Source: Lama guanicoe
Taxonomy: Eukaryota
Reading direction: 5' to 3'
DNA length: 62,555 nt
NCBI GenBank assembly: GCA_013239625.1
Contig: MU053810.1
Coordinates: 1,373,320-1,435,874, forward strand
The notes beneath the pieces are model-generated. The model ran no database searches, was not told the DNA's origin, and saw only the letters and a program-made list of their open reading frames with translations. The translations under genes and the position numbers were made by a program. Below, piece by piece: positions 26,197 to 39,629 of the stretch (positions are counted from its first letter, which is position 1; the number at the start of each line of letters is the position of its first letter).

Positions 26197-27253
26197 TAAG
26201 TCAGTTTTTCTAGATGGATTGTCATACAGGGTTGTCAACTTTAAATTGTCTTAAGTGATTTAGGAAGACTCAAGTTGCTAGGCAATTGCGGAGGGAAATC
26301 ACGAAGACTGATAATTAACTTCAACACTGCAATCAGTTTCAATCAAACAGATTATGTGTCTAGGAGAATTCAATAAGAAAATTTGAGTTTTCATATAGTG
26401 CAATTTACATGAAAAAAATTTTCATTCTGATCGAAGAAACTTAAATAGTACTTGGGCCTTCCCACCTGTGGGACTTTGAGATATCACATTCCTAAGGAGA
26501 GAGGAAGAGAAAATATTATCAAAAGAGGCAGCTAGTAAAGAGTTAGTGAACAAAAAGTAAAAATTAGCCAGGCTTCTCATGTGTATTCACTCATATTTGA
26601 ACCCCTAGTGTTAGCAGAGCAGAGTCATCCAAACTGTGTGATGAAGGACCAGCTGTGTTTTGTTTTGTTTTGTTTTCAATCCATCACATACCAATGCTTT
26701 TGTAAGAAGTACTGGGAAAAATGAAGCTAAAAGACACACAAGATGCTAGTCCAAATTTCTCATTCTTAGCCTCAACAGCTACAAACATTTCTAAACACCT
26801 ATTGTCAATTTTGGTAATTATCTCATCATGGAAAGATGAACAGGGTAAGACCATAACCATACACAAATCATTCTCTCAGTAGCTCTGTGCAAGAGTACAT
26901 GGGACACATTTGGGACCCAACTAACTTTTCCTAAATAAATTGTAAAATAAATATTTTAGCTCTGCCCATAGGAAGTCAACATTCAAGTGGGAGAGACATG
27001 AATATAAATAAATAAGTGTGACTAAGTTCATTTTTCTAGGCAGATTCTTACATAGTGTTGTCTATTTTATTGTCAAAAGATTTAGAAAAGACGCCAGTTG
27101 CTAGGTGATGTGAAGGGAAATCATGAAGTCTGACAATTAACTTCAATACTGCAATCAGTTTTTAAGCAAAGAGATTATGTGTCTAAGGGAATTCAATAAG
27201 AAAATTAGAGTGAGTTTTCATATGAAACAATTTATGTGGAAAAATATTTCATT
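26197..27253 (+). repeat. Diverged local direct duplication of ~230 bp (26197-26427 and 27023-27253)
   Basis: Colinear shared blocks: agttgctagg, agggaaatca, aattaacttcaa, actgcaatcagttt, agattatgtgtcta, gaattcaataagaaaatt, gagttttcatat. Confidence 0.92.
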
Positions 27254-27876
27254 CCAATTAACAAAAATACCATCATATATCCTGGTAGTGAAATGCATGG
27301 TGCCCAGTGGAGTGCAAAGAGGAGAAGTGGTTTATCTGACTCCAGAGACAGCAAAGGCACTGACCAATGAGGAGGGCACTTAAGAGTAGGAGCAGGAATT
27401 ATGGGAAAATATAATATACTCAAAACCCCTCAACAGTGCAGCAGAGACAGCAGGTAGGCGTTGAGAAGAAACGCTAAAAGAGAGGAGTCAGAGGAGACTG
27501 GAAACGTGAAGATTGTGAGGGGCAGGGAACTTATCTATTAGGCAAATGATTTATTTACAAGGAGCCAGGGCAGGGTGGAGGTAAGGCACTGACGCAGGGG
27601 AAATGCCTTTTCATCTTTTCAAAATTGTAAACCCATCGCCCCACCCCCCAAGATCCTGATACACAACAGCCTAATGAATAGGATTTGGGAAATATAACAA
27701 AGTGCCAGAAAAGAATTAAAAATTATATTTAATGTCACTGCCCAGAGGTACAGGCTGTTACCATTTTGATAAATTTTCTTCCAAACTATGATCAGTGTGC
27801 ACAAACATACACATACCTTCCATCCTGAAATTTGAATTGTTCTCTATGAAATATTTTTCTCCTTGTTTCCCCATAC

Positions 27877-29671
27877 TAATCATTCTCAAATTTTTTGCTT
27901 TCAAGGTACTTTTTACCTTTAAAAATTGTTGAGAACCCGAAAGAGCTTTTTAAAAATGTGATTATAACTATTAAAATTTGACATATTAAAAATTAAAACT
28001 AAGAAATACTTAAAATTATATTGCTTAATTCATTTGAAATAATAATAATTTACATGTTAACCAACATAGATTATGAAAATGTATTTTATATATAGGTGTA
28101 ATATAAAAAATTCAAAACTCATGAGAAATGACCTTTACCAATTATGGAATTTTAAGGTATCACATTCACAGAGGAAAAGAAAAGAAACATTTTCAGAAGA
28201 AGTAGCTAGAAAAACTTATTAAAGAAAAGTATATGTTAGCCAGGTAGATGAGTAGGTACTCATATTTAAAGGACCAGTGTTTAGTGGACCAGAGATATGT
28301 AAATGAAAGTGATGTTTTAGTGAGGGCTGGCGCTAGGTGATCGTACCTATGTTTGCATTAACACTTTTGCTATATTGTTTTGATTGAAGTATAATAAAAA
28401 AATGTTCAACTTCACAGAGATGCATTTTGAAAAGGGAAGTTCATTTTCATAGATTTTCAGGCAATCATGGATTTTTTTTTTATATTACACCAAAACATGA
28501 CATTGTGGTAGTTTCTAACGTATAGTTGTACTGTGGGATCTAAAACTGTATCAATAAAATTTTTGTTCTGTTAAATTAAAAATTCATTGGTCTATTTTGC
28601 ACTTTGAATGGATCATTTACTCATGTTTAATCTGGTAATACTGCATTTTTCATTTAGAAGATATTGATTTGGTGAGTTATGCAGCTTGTCAACTGTTGAA
28701 ACACTTCATTATGCAATGTAAGAAAAAAAAACTCATCAGATAAATCTTTCAAGTACTGGGAAGCTATTGTGCTCCTGGTGAACAACACAAGGTTTTCAAA
28801 ATTCCAATTTTTGTTTGAAAGTTTGAATTGTATCATTGGCAAGAGATACTGTCAGGTGTTTGATGTTAACAGCCTTGCTTCATTTATTTTTAAGAAAATG
28901 TCTGCCAAATTCCCTGTTCTGAGTAACCATTGATTGTCTGTCAGTCATTCTTTCAAATAAAAATGGCGTTCCATATAAAAGTGGCTAGTTTAGCAAACAA
29001 CTCAATCTCACAATGCGTTTTCACAAGACAACTTGTACTTTAAAATGGTACAAAAATGCTTTATGTATACTTTCCAGAATATTAAAAAGACTTGTACTGA
29101 GGAGCTGAGATTTAAAATAATTTTTTTTGCTTTACTTTTTAAAAATTGAAGTATATAGTCAATTTACAGTGTGTCAATTTCTGGTGTACAGCATAATGTT
29201 TCAGTCATACATATACATACATATATTCCTTTTCATAATAGGTTACTACAAGATATTGAATTTAGTTCCCTGTGCTATACAAAAGAAACGTTTATCTACT
29301 TTATATGTAGTAGCTATAATAATTTTTTCTGCTTCCTCAAGGCCATTTTGAAGCAAAACTGACCTTTTAAAATTTTAACTACAAGCACATGGTGAAGAAT
29401 GCAATGTACATTTCGGTAGCACTGTCTTCATTCCTGCTAAGGGACTGGCAGTTTTTACCTACCAATGCATTGGCACCATTGGTGCAAATATCAACACACT
29501 GAAAAAGGCTGTCATGATAAAAATGAATTGATCTGTCTTACACTAGGAATGATCTTTTGATTTTAGACCAAGGGGTCTTTTTGTTATTTGAAAATAGTTT
29601 TAAATTGTTACACTACTTGAAGAGGTCTGAGGATCTCCAGCACTCCACAGACCACACTTTGAGAAGCACTG
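27877..29671. mobile_element. Charlie1-type hAT DNA transposon (internally deleted), both ends present
   Basis: Left end 'taatcattctcaaatttttt...aaaaattgttgagaacccgaaagagctttt'; right end 'gaccacactttgagaagcactg'. Degenerate 8-bp TSD ccccatac / ccttatac. Confidence 0.8.
29133..29317 (-). mobile_element. L1 3' end inserted into the Charlie1 element
   Basis: 'aattgaagtatatagtcaatttaca...ttccctgtgctatac'. 17-bp TSD aataattttttttgctt (29116-32) / aataattttttctgctt (29318-34). Confidence 0.85.
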
Positions 29672-32600
29672 TCCTTATACCACTAAACAATCTTAAAACT
29701 TTACTTGAAAGGGCGATCTGATGCTCTTTCTAGTACATGTATCATCATTTAACCATTTTCCTATTATTAGACATTTAGGTTGTATCTAATTTTTCCTTAT
29801 TACCAATAATTTGTGATGAGCCCCTTTCTGTATAAATCTCTGTCTTCCTCTCTAATTATTTCCTAAGGATTGACTCCTAGTAGTTTTGCCAGGTCAAGAC
29901 AAATGTTCAAAGTGTGCTATCAAATGTATTTCCAAAGCGCTGCTGCAGCTCTGCATCTGGTTCATGTTAGGTGGTTGCGAATGTGCTAACACTGCAGTCA
30001 GAGGAGGAGAGGCCGGTGGAGACGGCACGCCCATTGGCAGCATGGGGTCTCCTCGGGGGTTAAGCTACGGGAACCTGGGTCAGCTTTATTCATACTAATT
30101 ACCTCCATATTCCTGGGCATGTTCCCACTTAAGCACTCTGCCACAGCGAGATCGCATTAACAGTGACAGGTTTTTGTGGTCAGTGATATTTATTTCCTGC
30201 CTGAAAAGAGTAGGAGAACAACAGGGCAGCTGCTGTATCATGTGAATGAGTTTAGCAAAATTTGGTGTCCCAGTTGTTTGGTTTTGTGACCCTGGATGAT
30301 TAATCCTTTCCTCTCCCTTTTGTGGCATTTCTGGTTATGTTTGCAAACCCAATTCTTTCTGAACTTTTTCACCCAAAACATTTGGTTCAGCTTGTTTTTT
30401 TAAGGACTGGAAAATGAAAACTTGAGCTCATGGACATGCCCTCTAAATTATCCCTGCTTTGTCAGGCTGGCTTGCTGCTTTTCTTTCTTTCCTTTCTTAC
30501 AGATTGTTTGTTTTAATTATTTTTTAAGTCATTATCTTGCCAAAAGTAGAGACCATTATAGATCTGAATAGTTTTGTTTACTACCCCTCGTGATTTCTTC
30601 CCTTTTTTCTTTAATAGTGGTCAGATAATAACAGTGTTTTACAGGAGTATACATTCAATGAGAAAAGACTGATTTAATAGACTCAACTTATTCTTTCTTA
30701 TAATGCCTCATGATGCTGTGCAATTTTATTCTATCTCTAGATTCTTAAAACAGATTTAATGTGCCATGCTGTAATTACGCACTACAGATTGTAATCTTAG
30801 TGATGGCTTTTTTTATGAAAAAACACAAACATACTGAAAATGCCCCCCCCAATCAAATTTTCTAAGACACTGTGGTACTTCGGGGGGTCCATTACATCCA
30901 CCCCCACTCTTTGCTCCCATCTTCACCTAGGTAGTTATTACTGATGAGCCATCTGGTATAGTTTCAGCCTGATATTTTCAAAGATATTTGTTGAAACAAC
31001 CTAGTGGAATCCATGGCCGCTTTCTCCAAAATAATGCTGTGGGGATTTGTTACTTTATTAGCCTAGGTTGTAGGGGCAGAATGCATATCATAAAGGTGTT
31101 CTCACCTGAATTGGAGATGGTGTGCGTCTAAGCACCTGGTTTGTGTATGTTTGCTTTTTTGAAAGTGAAATTGAAATGGAAGTTACGGTCGTGCTTAAAT
31201 TTTTACGATTTGCGTTAGAGATTCTTAAAGTCAAAGTTGTGTCCTATGTTAAATGAATGTGGAGATTTGCATACCCATTTCCTGTCCTGTCACCTCTGGC
31301 TCAGCTCGGTTTCCCAGTCCTCAGAGTGCCTTTCGCCAACTTCCTATCTACTTCTCATCTTGTCTTATATTCCTCTATGTGCTTATCTTGGCAAACTGCC
31401 AGAAATCTATCCTCATTATTAAAGGAACAAAATAGTGTCTAAATTTTAAAATCCATGATACCTCTCTTGAAAAACAGTCTATTCAAACAGGCTAAAATTT
31501 GGACTGGAAATGATCAGAGACCAGGTGTGAAATAAAACTTGTCTAAGGTTGAGAAAAGAAAGATGGTTATGTGAATCATGAGGCATCGACAGTTACACAA
31601 GACACACAGTACACCAGTCTCTTCGTATTACTACAAGTTAAAAATGAACAAACCAAAAAAACTCATTTTTATAGTTTCTAAAATCAGGAAACAAATAAAA
31701 AAAAGAGCATCACTCATTAAGTTTTATAATGAGACAGAGAAAAAAATTGTTAGTACTCCGGCTAAGAAACAAACATTTCTAAAAATATGTCTTCTTGACA
31801 GAGAGAAATATGTTTAACGAACATTCAAAATAGATATGAGTAAAAGTAGGAACCAGAAATATTTTATTTTTAATTAGGATTTTATAATACATTTTCCTTT
31901 TACCTGAAAGATTAGCACACTCACAAAGACTTCATAGAAAGTCGGGACTGGAAACATTTAGAAAAAACTAATTGAAGAGTTTAAAATGACAGAGGTAGCA
32001 ATGAGTAGAGTAGAATTGAGATTTGCTTCTCTGGGACACCCCAGATTCACCATAATCTGGCTAAGCAAAATTTAATATAATAGGCATGACTCCCAGAATA
32101 AATGAATTCCATATCCACTAGTCAAATGATTGTATTTCATAATTTAGATGGATTGTTTTAAAAAAAAAAAGTCACATGTACTTTTATGGTTGGAAAACAT
32201 TCTCCCCAGTAGTAACAACTCAAATACTTCATAGTCTAAAAATTCATGTCAAGACCCTGATACTCATACATGCATATTTCAAACCTCTCATTTTTTCAGA
32301 GATACGTATGAGATATTAGGAACACAGGCCTTTATCTTTCAAATATTGTAATAATGAGTTATTTGTAACCAAGTTAAATTTTTCTCCAATAATATGCCTT
32401 TTTCCATTTTTATATAAAATAGATAAAAGGACCGTCCCTGTTCTACTCTGCTTATCTTCAGGAAAGCCTCCAAGCTACTCCTGTGGGCTGACATTTAACT
32501 AGTTGAAAAAAAAATGGAACGAGACAGAGGGCGAAAGTAGGTTCCCAGCCCACTTAAAGTCTTGGGCTAAGCGGCAAAGAGCTCTAAACACACATGTGAC

Positions 32601-34218
32601 TCCATGATAACAACAGTAAAAATGGAAGTCTTTTCTGCCTGAGTGTCGATGAAGTATATTGCTGGGCATGGAGGAACAGGGCAGAGAGCGAGTTAGTGGA
32701 TTTTGTTCCATCATTAAGCCTTTGGACTATACGCCTTCATTAAGTTATTCTTCGTATAAACATTCAGTTGATTCCCGTTTCACTAGGTGCTGTGATGGAG
32801 AGAAGAGTAAACTAGACAAGGTCTTTCTCCTCTGGAGGACTTACAATCTAATGGGGAACGAATCTCATTTGCCCCATCTGTAAAAAAGTCATGAATAGGA
32901 TGATCACAAAGGTCCTTGCTAACTCTCAATAAATAAATCTATTTTTTTAAGTGAGTATCATTTGCCACTTCCTTCTGTTTTCCCTTTAGCCCACTGTCCT
33001 TTCATTGATCCAGGGCTTTGGGGTCAAGAGAAAGAAGTAGGAAGTTTAAGAGAAGATATAAATGGCAAAAGGAGGAGGGAAAAGATGTTAAAGAGAACAC
33101 CACTGGACTATTAGTGGGCATCTACTTGTGGTAGGCATTTTAAAAAAATGTAATTTCTTCTAAGAGACAGAAACCTAGTAAGCTGACCCCCTAAAAAAGA
33201 AATTCTAGAGGCAGGAATCATATACTGATCAAGTTTGTAAGTCAGGACCTAATGCAGCACTTGGTCGATAGATAGTACATGTCCTAGAAATGCTGGATAA
33301 ATTTAAATAAATAAGTGATAAATAACATAATCAGCATTCTAGCATCCCGCCATCTTAAGGAGTGGGTCAGCACATCACAGACATCATTTTCCTTCAGGCA
33401 CTTAGAACAGTTATCTCTTGGACCTTAGAATGTTCTTCAGCATTTAGAAACAAATACAGAAATCAATTCTTTAGTGGAAGCATAAGAGCAAATTCTGCCA
33501 GACACACATGCCCAGCACGTATCTTTTGGGAAATCAATGATCATATTTATCCCTTCAAATCACCTTGATAGTTGCATTATGATTGCCCAGTTTCAGAAAG
33601 TGTAGTTCTTCATACTTTTTAGTAGACAGATTTTTTTACAGTAGAATTTTACAATACTAGGTGTTTGGTGGATTTGACTGTGAAGCCTGACCAGTTTCTT
33701 AGGCACACAAAAATGGCATACTAGTAAGTTAGAGAAAAACATGTCTGTTGTTAATAACAAGAAAGTAAACCACTAAGAACAACCAAAAATAACAATTAAT
33801 TAGTAAATAAAATTAATAAGATATACTCGTTAAGCAAATTATAAAAGTAGATTAAAATTATTAATTAATAAACTTGCAAAGCACATAAATACATGTTTAT
33901 TTTGAAGTGTAGACTTGTCAATAAAAACAACTCAGGCATTGCCTTGTCATTCTTGCTTTGTCACTCCCCTGATAGCCATGCATCAATATTCAGAGTGATA
34001 TCTATGCTCACTGTCACCTTGTTTTTCTTTTAACCTAGATAAAGTTTTATTCACTTATTTCATCTAAAGAAGTTTACATTAAGTGGCAATTGGACTCTAC
34101 CCTGAAACTGACCAAACACTGACATAATATTTTTCTCATACACTAGCATTATAATTTAGTTTTACTTAGTGAAGATTTTATAGCTCCACGAAACTAGAGA
34201 TAAAAATGTTTATCAGTT

Positions 34219-35055
34219 AGATACCACTTCACTCCTTTTGGGATGGCAAAAATAATGAAATAGAAAATAACAAGTGTTGGTGAGAATGTGGGGAAATGGA
34301 AACCCACATAGTTTATTGATCGGAAGGTAAAATGGTGCAGCTGCCATGGAAAATAGTTTGGTGCTTCCGCATAACCTAAAATATAATCTCCATATAACCC
34401 AGCAATTCCACTCCTAGTTATTTACCCAAAGGAATTGAAATGGAGACTCAGAAACTTACATGCCAATGTTCATGGCAGCATTAGTCACGGTAGCCAAAAG
34501 GTGGAAACACCTCAAGTGTCCGTCAGGTGAATGAATAAACAAAATGTAGCTCATGCATACAATGGAATATTATTCAGCCATAAAAATACTGAACTTCTTA
34601 CACATGCTACAATATGGATGAATCTTAAAAACATGATGCTAAGTGAAATAAGCCAGACACAAGAAGATAAATATTGTGTGATTCCACTCATATGAAGTAC
34701 CTAGACTGGGTAAATTCGTAGAGATATAAAGTAAATTAGAGGTCACAAGGGGCTTTAGGAAGGGGAGAATGGGGAGCTATTATTTAATGGCTATAGGATT
34801 TCTGTTTGTGGTGATGAAAATGTTCTAGAAATACATAATGGTGATGGTTGCACAACACTGTGAATGCAGTGAATGCCACTGAATTGTAAACGTTTAAAAA
34901 ATGGTTAAAATGTCAAATTTTGTGTTATATATATTACCACAGTTTTTTAAATTAATAATTAAGTTAATAAAAATAATATTACTAAAAACCTTTGAATTAT
35001 ATACTTTAAATGGCTGAGTTGTATGGTGTGTGAATTATAATTTAATAAGCCTATT
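34219..35055 (+). mobile_element. Old L1 (L1MB-like) ORF2 end plus 3' UTR
   Basis: 'agataccacttcac...caagtgttggtgagaatgtgg...cagcaattccactcctag...atggaatattattcagccataaaa...gatggttgcacaacactgtgaat'. Confidence 0.88.
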
Positions 35056-37228
35056 ATAACATATAAAATATAAGCATTTACCTCAAAGTCATGTTTACTG
35101 AATGCAACATAGATGAATTTTTGTCTTATTTTTGTTTTTCTTCATTGCCCATCTACAATAATTTCAGATATCTACTGTAAATACTTTCATGGTTTTTAAT
35201 CAATGCTAGAACAATTTTGTTAGTTAATAAGCCATGAAGTCAATTCCTTTGGAGGTATCCAAATGCACACTAAATTTAAATTGGAAATTCACATCAGAAT
35301 TATCCTAGTTCTGCACTGATGTATCTCTGTTTAGCCTCCTAAGGATGTCACCTTACATGGTGCCTGCACATACTGGATGTAGCCGGAGCTTAATCATAAT
35401 GTAAGGTACTGATAATTTAAGCGAGGAAAACTCAGGTGATCCAGGCAGCTTCCTTTCCTCTGAACTTCTAAGTCAGTGCCCTGCTCACTCTAGGAGGTGG
35501 TTCCATTCTTTGAAATCCCAGCTCTTAAGGAGCCATCTGCCTAAGGACAAGTACAGTAAGTTAAACATAGCATTTTTTAGCCTAATATCATTTGCACCAC
35601 AGAACTGGCAGAAAACTTCATAATCAGACATTTTTGCTTTCCGTATATCAGGATGCATCATTTTAAGTAAAATTGTTTATATTTGAATATTAATTTTATA
35701 TAATGAAGGTAGAAAATTATATCATAGAACTTGAAATAATAAATGTATGGAGTTGACATGAGAAATTAGTCGATCTATGGGTAGTAGGTAACATTTTACC
35801 TTTTAAGTAGGAAAGACATTAATAAGCTAGCCCAACAATTCAGAGATTTCCTTTATTGGGAGACACACCAGTGATCTGGGAGAATAAAAGTTTGAGATCG
35901 CCAATAAACATAACTTGAAGTAAACGTAAGTTGCTCGCCTTCCATTACTCATCCTGTGACCCTTTCTTCTTCTATGACAATTCCATGTCCATAGATTTAT
36001 GTATCACCCTTCTTTCTTTATAGTCACCCAGTCCCCTAAAGGCTGGCCACTTCATTTTAATAGAAAGTTATTTAAGACTGAAAATCCTTCTGGAAGAAAA
36101 GTAGCTTCCATACTGAATTAATAGGATTGGAAAATTGATCAATTTACTTGACTTCCGCCTGCCAATCTTGGTTTAGATCATCTGGGGCCCCCGCAATTCA
36201 AGGCAAAAATAATCACCTCACGTCAAGATCTTCTGTGTTGCTTGTGCCTCACTTCCATCCAGCTGACAGCCAAGCCTGTCCCTTCAGTGCCTGGTGGCCT
36301 GCCCAGCCTTTGGACCATCTGTCCTGTCTCGTCTTATGGTTTGGGTTTCCTTCTGCTTCCTGATTTTTCTGAGCTGTCGGTGTTTGTGGCTGTCCCACCT
36401 TTAACTCCTTCCCGGTTTCCACTTTGTTTGAATCCTCCCTCCATGTTCAGTCTCTCCTGTCCCAGCCTTTGCTTTCACATTTTGACACATTTCAGAATGG
36501 CCCTTCACTTCCCACCCAGTCTCAGCTTTGAGAGCAGCCCCGTCTAGGCTCGTGCCCTAACTTTGCCACATACTGAGTTTCCTGCTCTGAGACCTGAACA
36601 CTGACTAGTCTCGGAGAGAGAAAAGGCCAAGAATCAAACACCACTTATTCAATTTAATTAGAGCAACTCATAAGCTTTCAATTAGTTGTTAAGAAATTTA
36701 TTTGTTGCCTTATCCATTTAAAATTATATCCTTGCTGCCTTTTTTTTTTAACAAAATAACACATAAAAATGGCTGCTATGAATGACCCTCTTCATCATTA
36801 ACCAAAATGTAGATGCAATGAGGGCCAACTGGTTAAGCTATTAAATATTTAAGCCAATTGCATAGAAACAGTTGAGGTCAGGAAGCTTAGAAGGCACTGA
36901 ATCTACAGGGAGAATGCATTGCCAGCCAACCCAATAACCCAGATTTATGCTGTTGGGCTCGCTAATACCGTTACTTTTTAGGAGTGGACCATGGAGTTTG
37001 GTAGATGAAATAAGAGGTCATATCTCTGATAATTTCTTTTCGAAGAGTGTATCAGTAAGAGCTTCCTCTTTACCACCTTTTCTTTTAGGATTTAAGAGTA
37101 TGTTATTAACAAATATTGTCTTTATATTCTAATAAGGCAAAAATATTCATGCATTGTATATATTTTCTTCCTGGCCGCTTCCTTAAGACACTGGCAACCT
37201 TTCTGGAATTGGTCCTCCATTCTCTACT

Positions 37229-37282
37229 ATGTGTATGTGTACATGTGTGTACGTGTGCATGTGTGCATGTGTGTACATGTGT
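37229..37282. repeat. Alternating purine-pyrimidine compound microsatellite (TG/TA/CA/CG)
   Basis: Directly visible. Confidence 0.9.
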
Positions 37283-38065
37283 AGGGTTTTCCTTGTATCT
37301 TCAACAGGGTGTATGTAGTTATCTGGTTATATTTATTTCATTCCTGTGATGAGCATTTTTTTCTTCATCAGTTGTGACCAACTATGCCAGGGCTCGTTGT
37401 CTTCCAATAAGTCTGTTGACTCTTAAATAACTAAAGTGTAAGAAGGAAATGGTCATTTAGGAGCTCAGTTAATCAGAGTAATTTACACAGATCTAGACCG
37501 ATGTGTGCAGTTACCAAGGGCACATCTCTTTGTGATTCATGAAAGGAAACACTAACATAAAGATCTCTTAGAAACACTCATGTTTAAACCTGCTGTTTAA
37601 AATGTTAACTACTATGACTCCTGTGCTACCGATCTTGATGACGGACCCGGTTGTGGAAGAGTCCTCACAACACACAAGACAGTTTGACACTTTTCAAGTC
37701 TGTGGGACCTCAACGTGGCCTTTCCTTATAACCTGTTTGGCTTTATGTTACATTGTTCTTTCTAATGTTGTACCCTTTGTATTACTTGAGTCCTATTTAA
37801 GAAATCAACTTTAAGAATAATGTTTTTACGTGCTTGGATTCATTTGGATCTAAATATTCAGAGATCAAATTGCATTTGCTTTCTGGAACGTGGCTGCATT
37901 GGTGTCCTGCAAAAAAAGTCTTTACTTACGGAAATGCCTTCATAAAAATAAGTACACTCGCTAGACAATGTGTCTCTCAAAGGTTTCCACCAGATAACAA
38001 CCTGAAAATGTCCTCTGGTGCATTTCAGTACTCACTTGTCTTTTTGTGGCCCTGTGTGCTTTAAG

Positions 38066-38141
38066 GAAAAGGAAGAGAAGTGTTCACTGTGCATTTGTTA
38101 ATCCAGTTTACGGGAACGGGAGCAACCCAGAGAAAACAGAG
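38066..38141 (+). CDS. MALRD1: MALRD1 penultimate exon: cytoplasmic tail with first FxNPxY motif, (R)KRKRSVHCAFVNPVYGNGSNPEKTE
   Basis: tgctttaAG acceptor (38064-65) and GAG|GTAAGT donor (38142). The 76 nt exon is phase 2 in, phase 0 out. CAFVNPVYGNxSNPEKTE matches the recalled human MALRD1 tail. Confidence 0.92.
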
Positions 38142-39629
38142 GTAAGTGGTAATGGGCAACCATATTGTTTCAGAATGGGAAACACAAACACACAAATGCG
38201 CACGAACACACACACATTGAGTGTTGTTTGGACGTGTTCTGACATCACGGCTCAGAGATAGGTTTTAGTGGAAGTATTCCATTTGGGGATGGGAAAGAGT
38301 TTCAGTCTCTGTAGACAGGCAATGAGCAGTTTCCATTTCAGTCTGCTTGTAGAATCAGTTCACTGTTCAATGGCTTTGTGGTCACTGTTTATCCCCGAAG
38401 AGAGCTGACAAACCTGGGAAATATCAGTTTAACCCAGAGAGTGTGAGTCAGCTGCTCACCGTAACTCTTCACTGACTGTTCTTCATACTTTATTCCCAAA
38501 CACAAAAAGGAGGATAACGTTCAGTGCTCGACTTCAATTCAGGTGTGGGCTGCGGGGGCCACCTCCTGATCGCTTAGAAGGAAAAAGGAGAAATCAAAGT
38601 GCGTTGCGTCTTGCATGGCCTTTTTTAGGGCTCCTCCTTATCAGTGCGGTGTGAAGTAGGCAAGAGAGAAAATGGGAAGCAAAACCTCTCCCATCCCCTT
38701 CTTCAGTAGGTAACGTGGCCTTCACCTGGGTATAAAACAGCGCAGTCATGACACACTGCTTCTTATGTCTGAAAGCTTCCTTCCATCTGATTTTAGAAAT
38801 ATTGTATCAAATTCATTCTCTTGTCAAAGTCAGCATCTAGAAAGCTAGTTTTAATTTTCCTCTATTTTTTAAAAATAAAAATAGGCCATAAACAGGTGTT
38901 TCTGGTGCTGGAAATGAGTAGCAAAGGTGTCAGATCAGGTGATTTCTAGTATTTTTGAGTGATGTGGTTGAAGATGACTATAACCCTTGACTTTCTGCTT
39001 TCTGTTACCTGATAACTTAGAAGAGGAAAGGAGAAATTAAAGTGGATTGCATCTTCAATAATGACATCATACGCACTTTTAGTATTGTTCCATTGGGAAT
39101 GAAGGCAAGAAGCAAGGTATTTCCTAGAGCAGAGAGAGAATTAATGTGGATGATTTTTTTGTCAATTCAGTCGAGACACAGAGTGAAAATGGAAATGTAG
39201 CCCTACTTACTGGATAATAACTAAATAAAGAAATGCATATTTAAGAAACCAAATGCAATGTATCTTCTCGACAAAGTAGGAAGGTGTAATATAAACCTAT
39301 TTTCATTTTTTTTTACTAAAGAAAAGAAAATGAAATCTTTTTAATCTTTAGCTTAGTATAACTTTTAGCATCTGAAAGTTATAATGATGTAAGGAATTAA
39401 AATATGTTTTAAATTTCACTTTTTTTATTAATCATTCCTCTTTCATATTCTTTTTTCCTTCCATTAAGAATAGCTTGAGAAGAAATCCTGTCATACCACT
39501 TGACTTTTGTCACTATTTTGATTTCTATTGTTTAAGAAACAAATGACTTTGTATTAATTAAACTAAGTGCACCTTCCCTGACATCATAATAGAGAAAGAG
39601 ACTTCTTCAAAAATACTCTTAACATTCTT

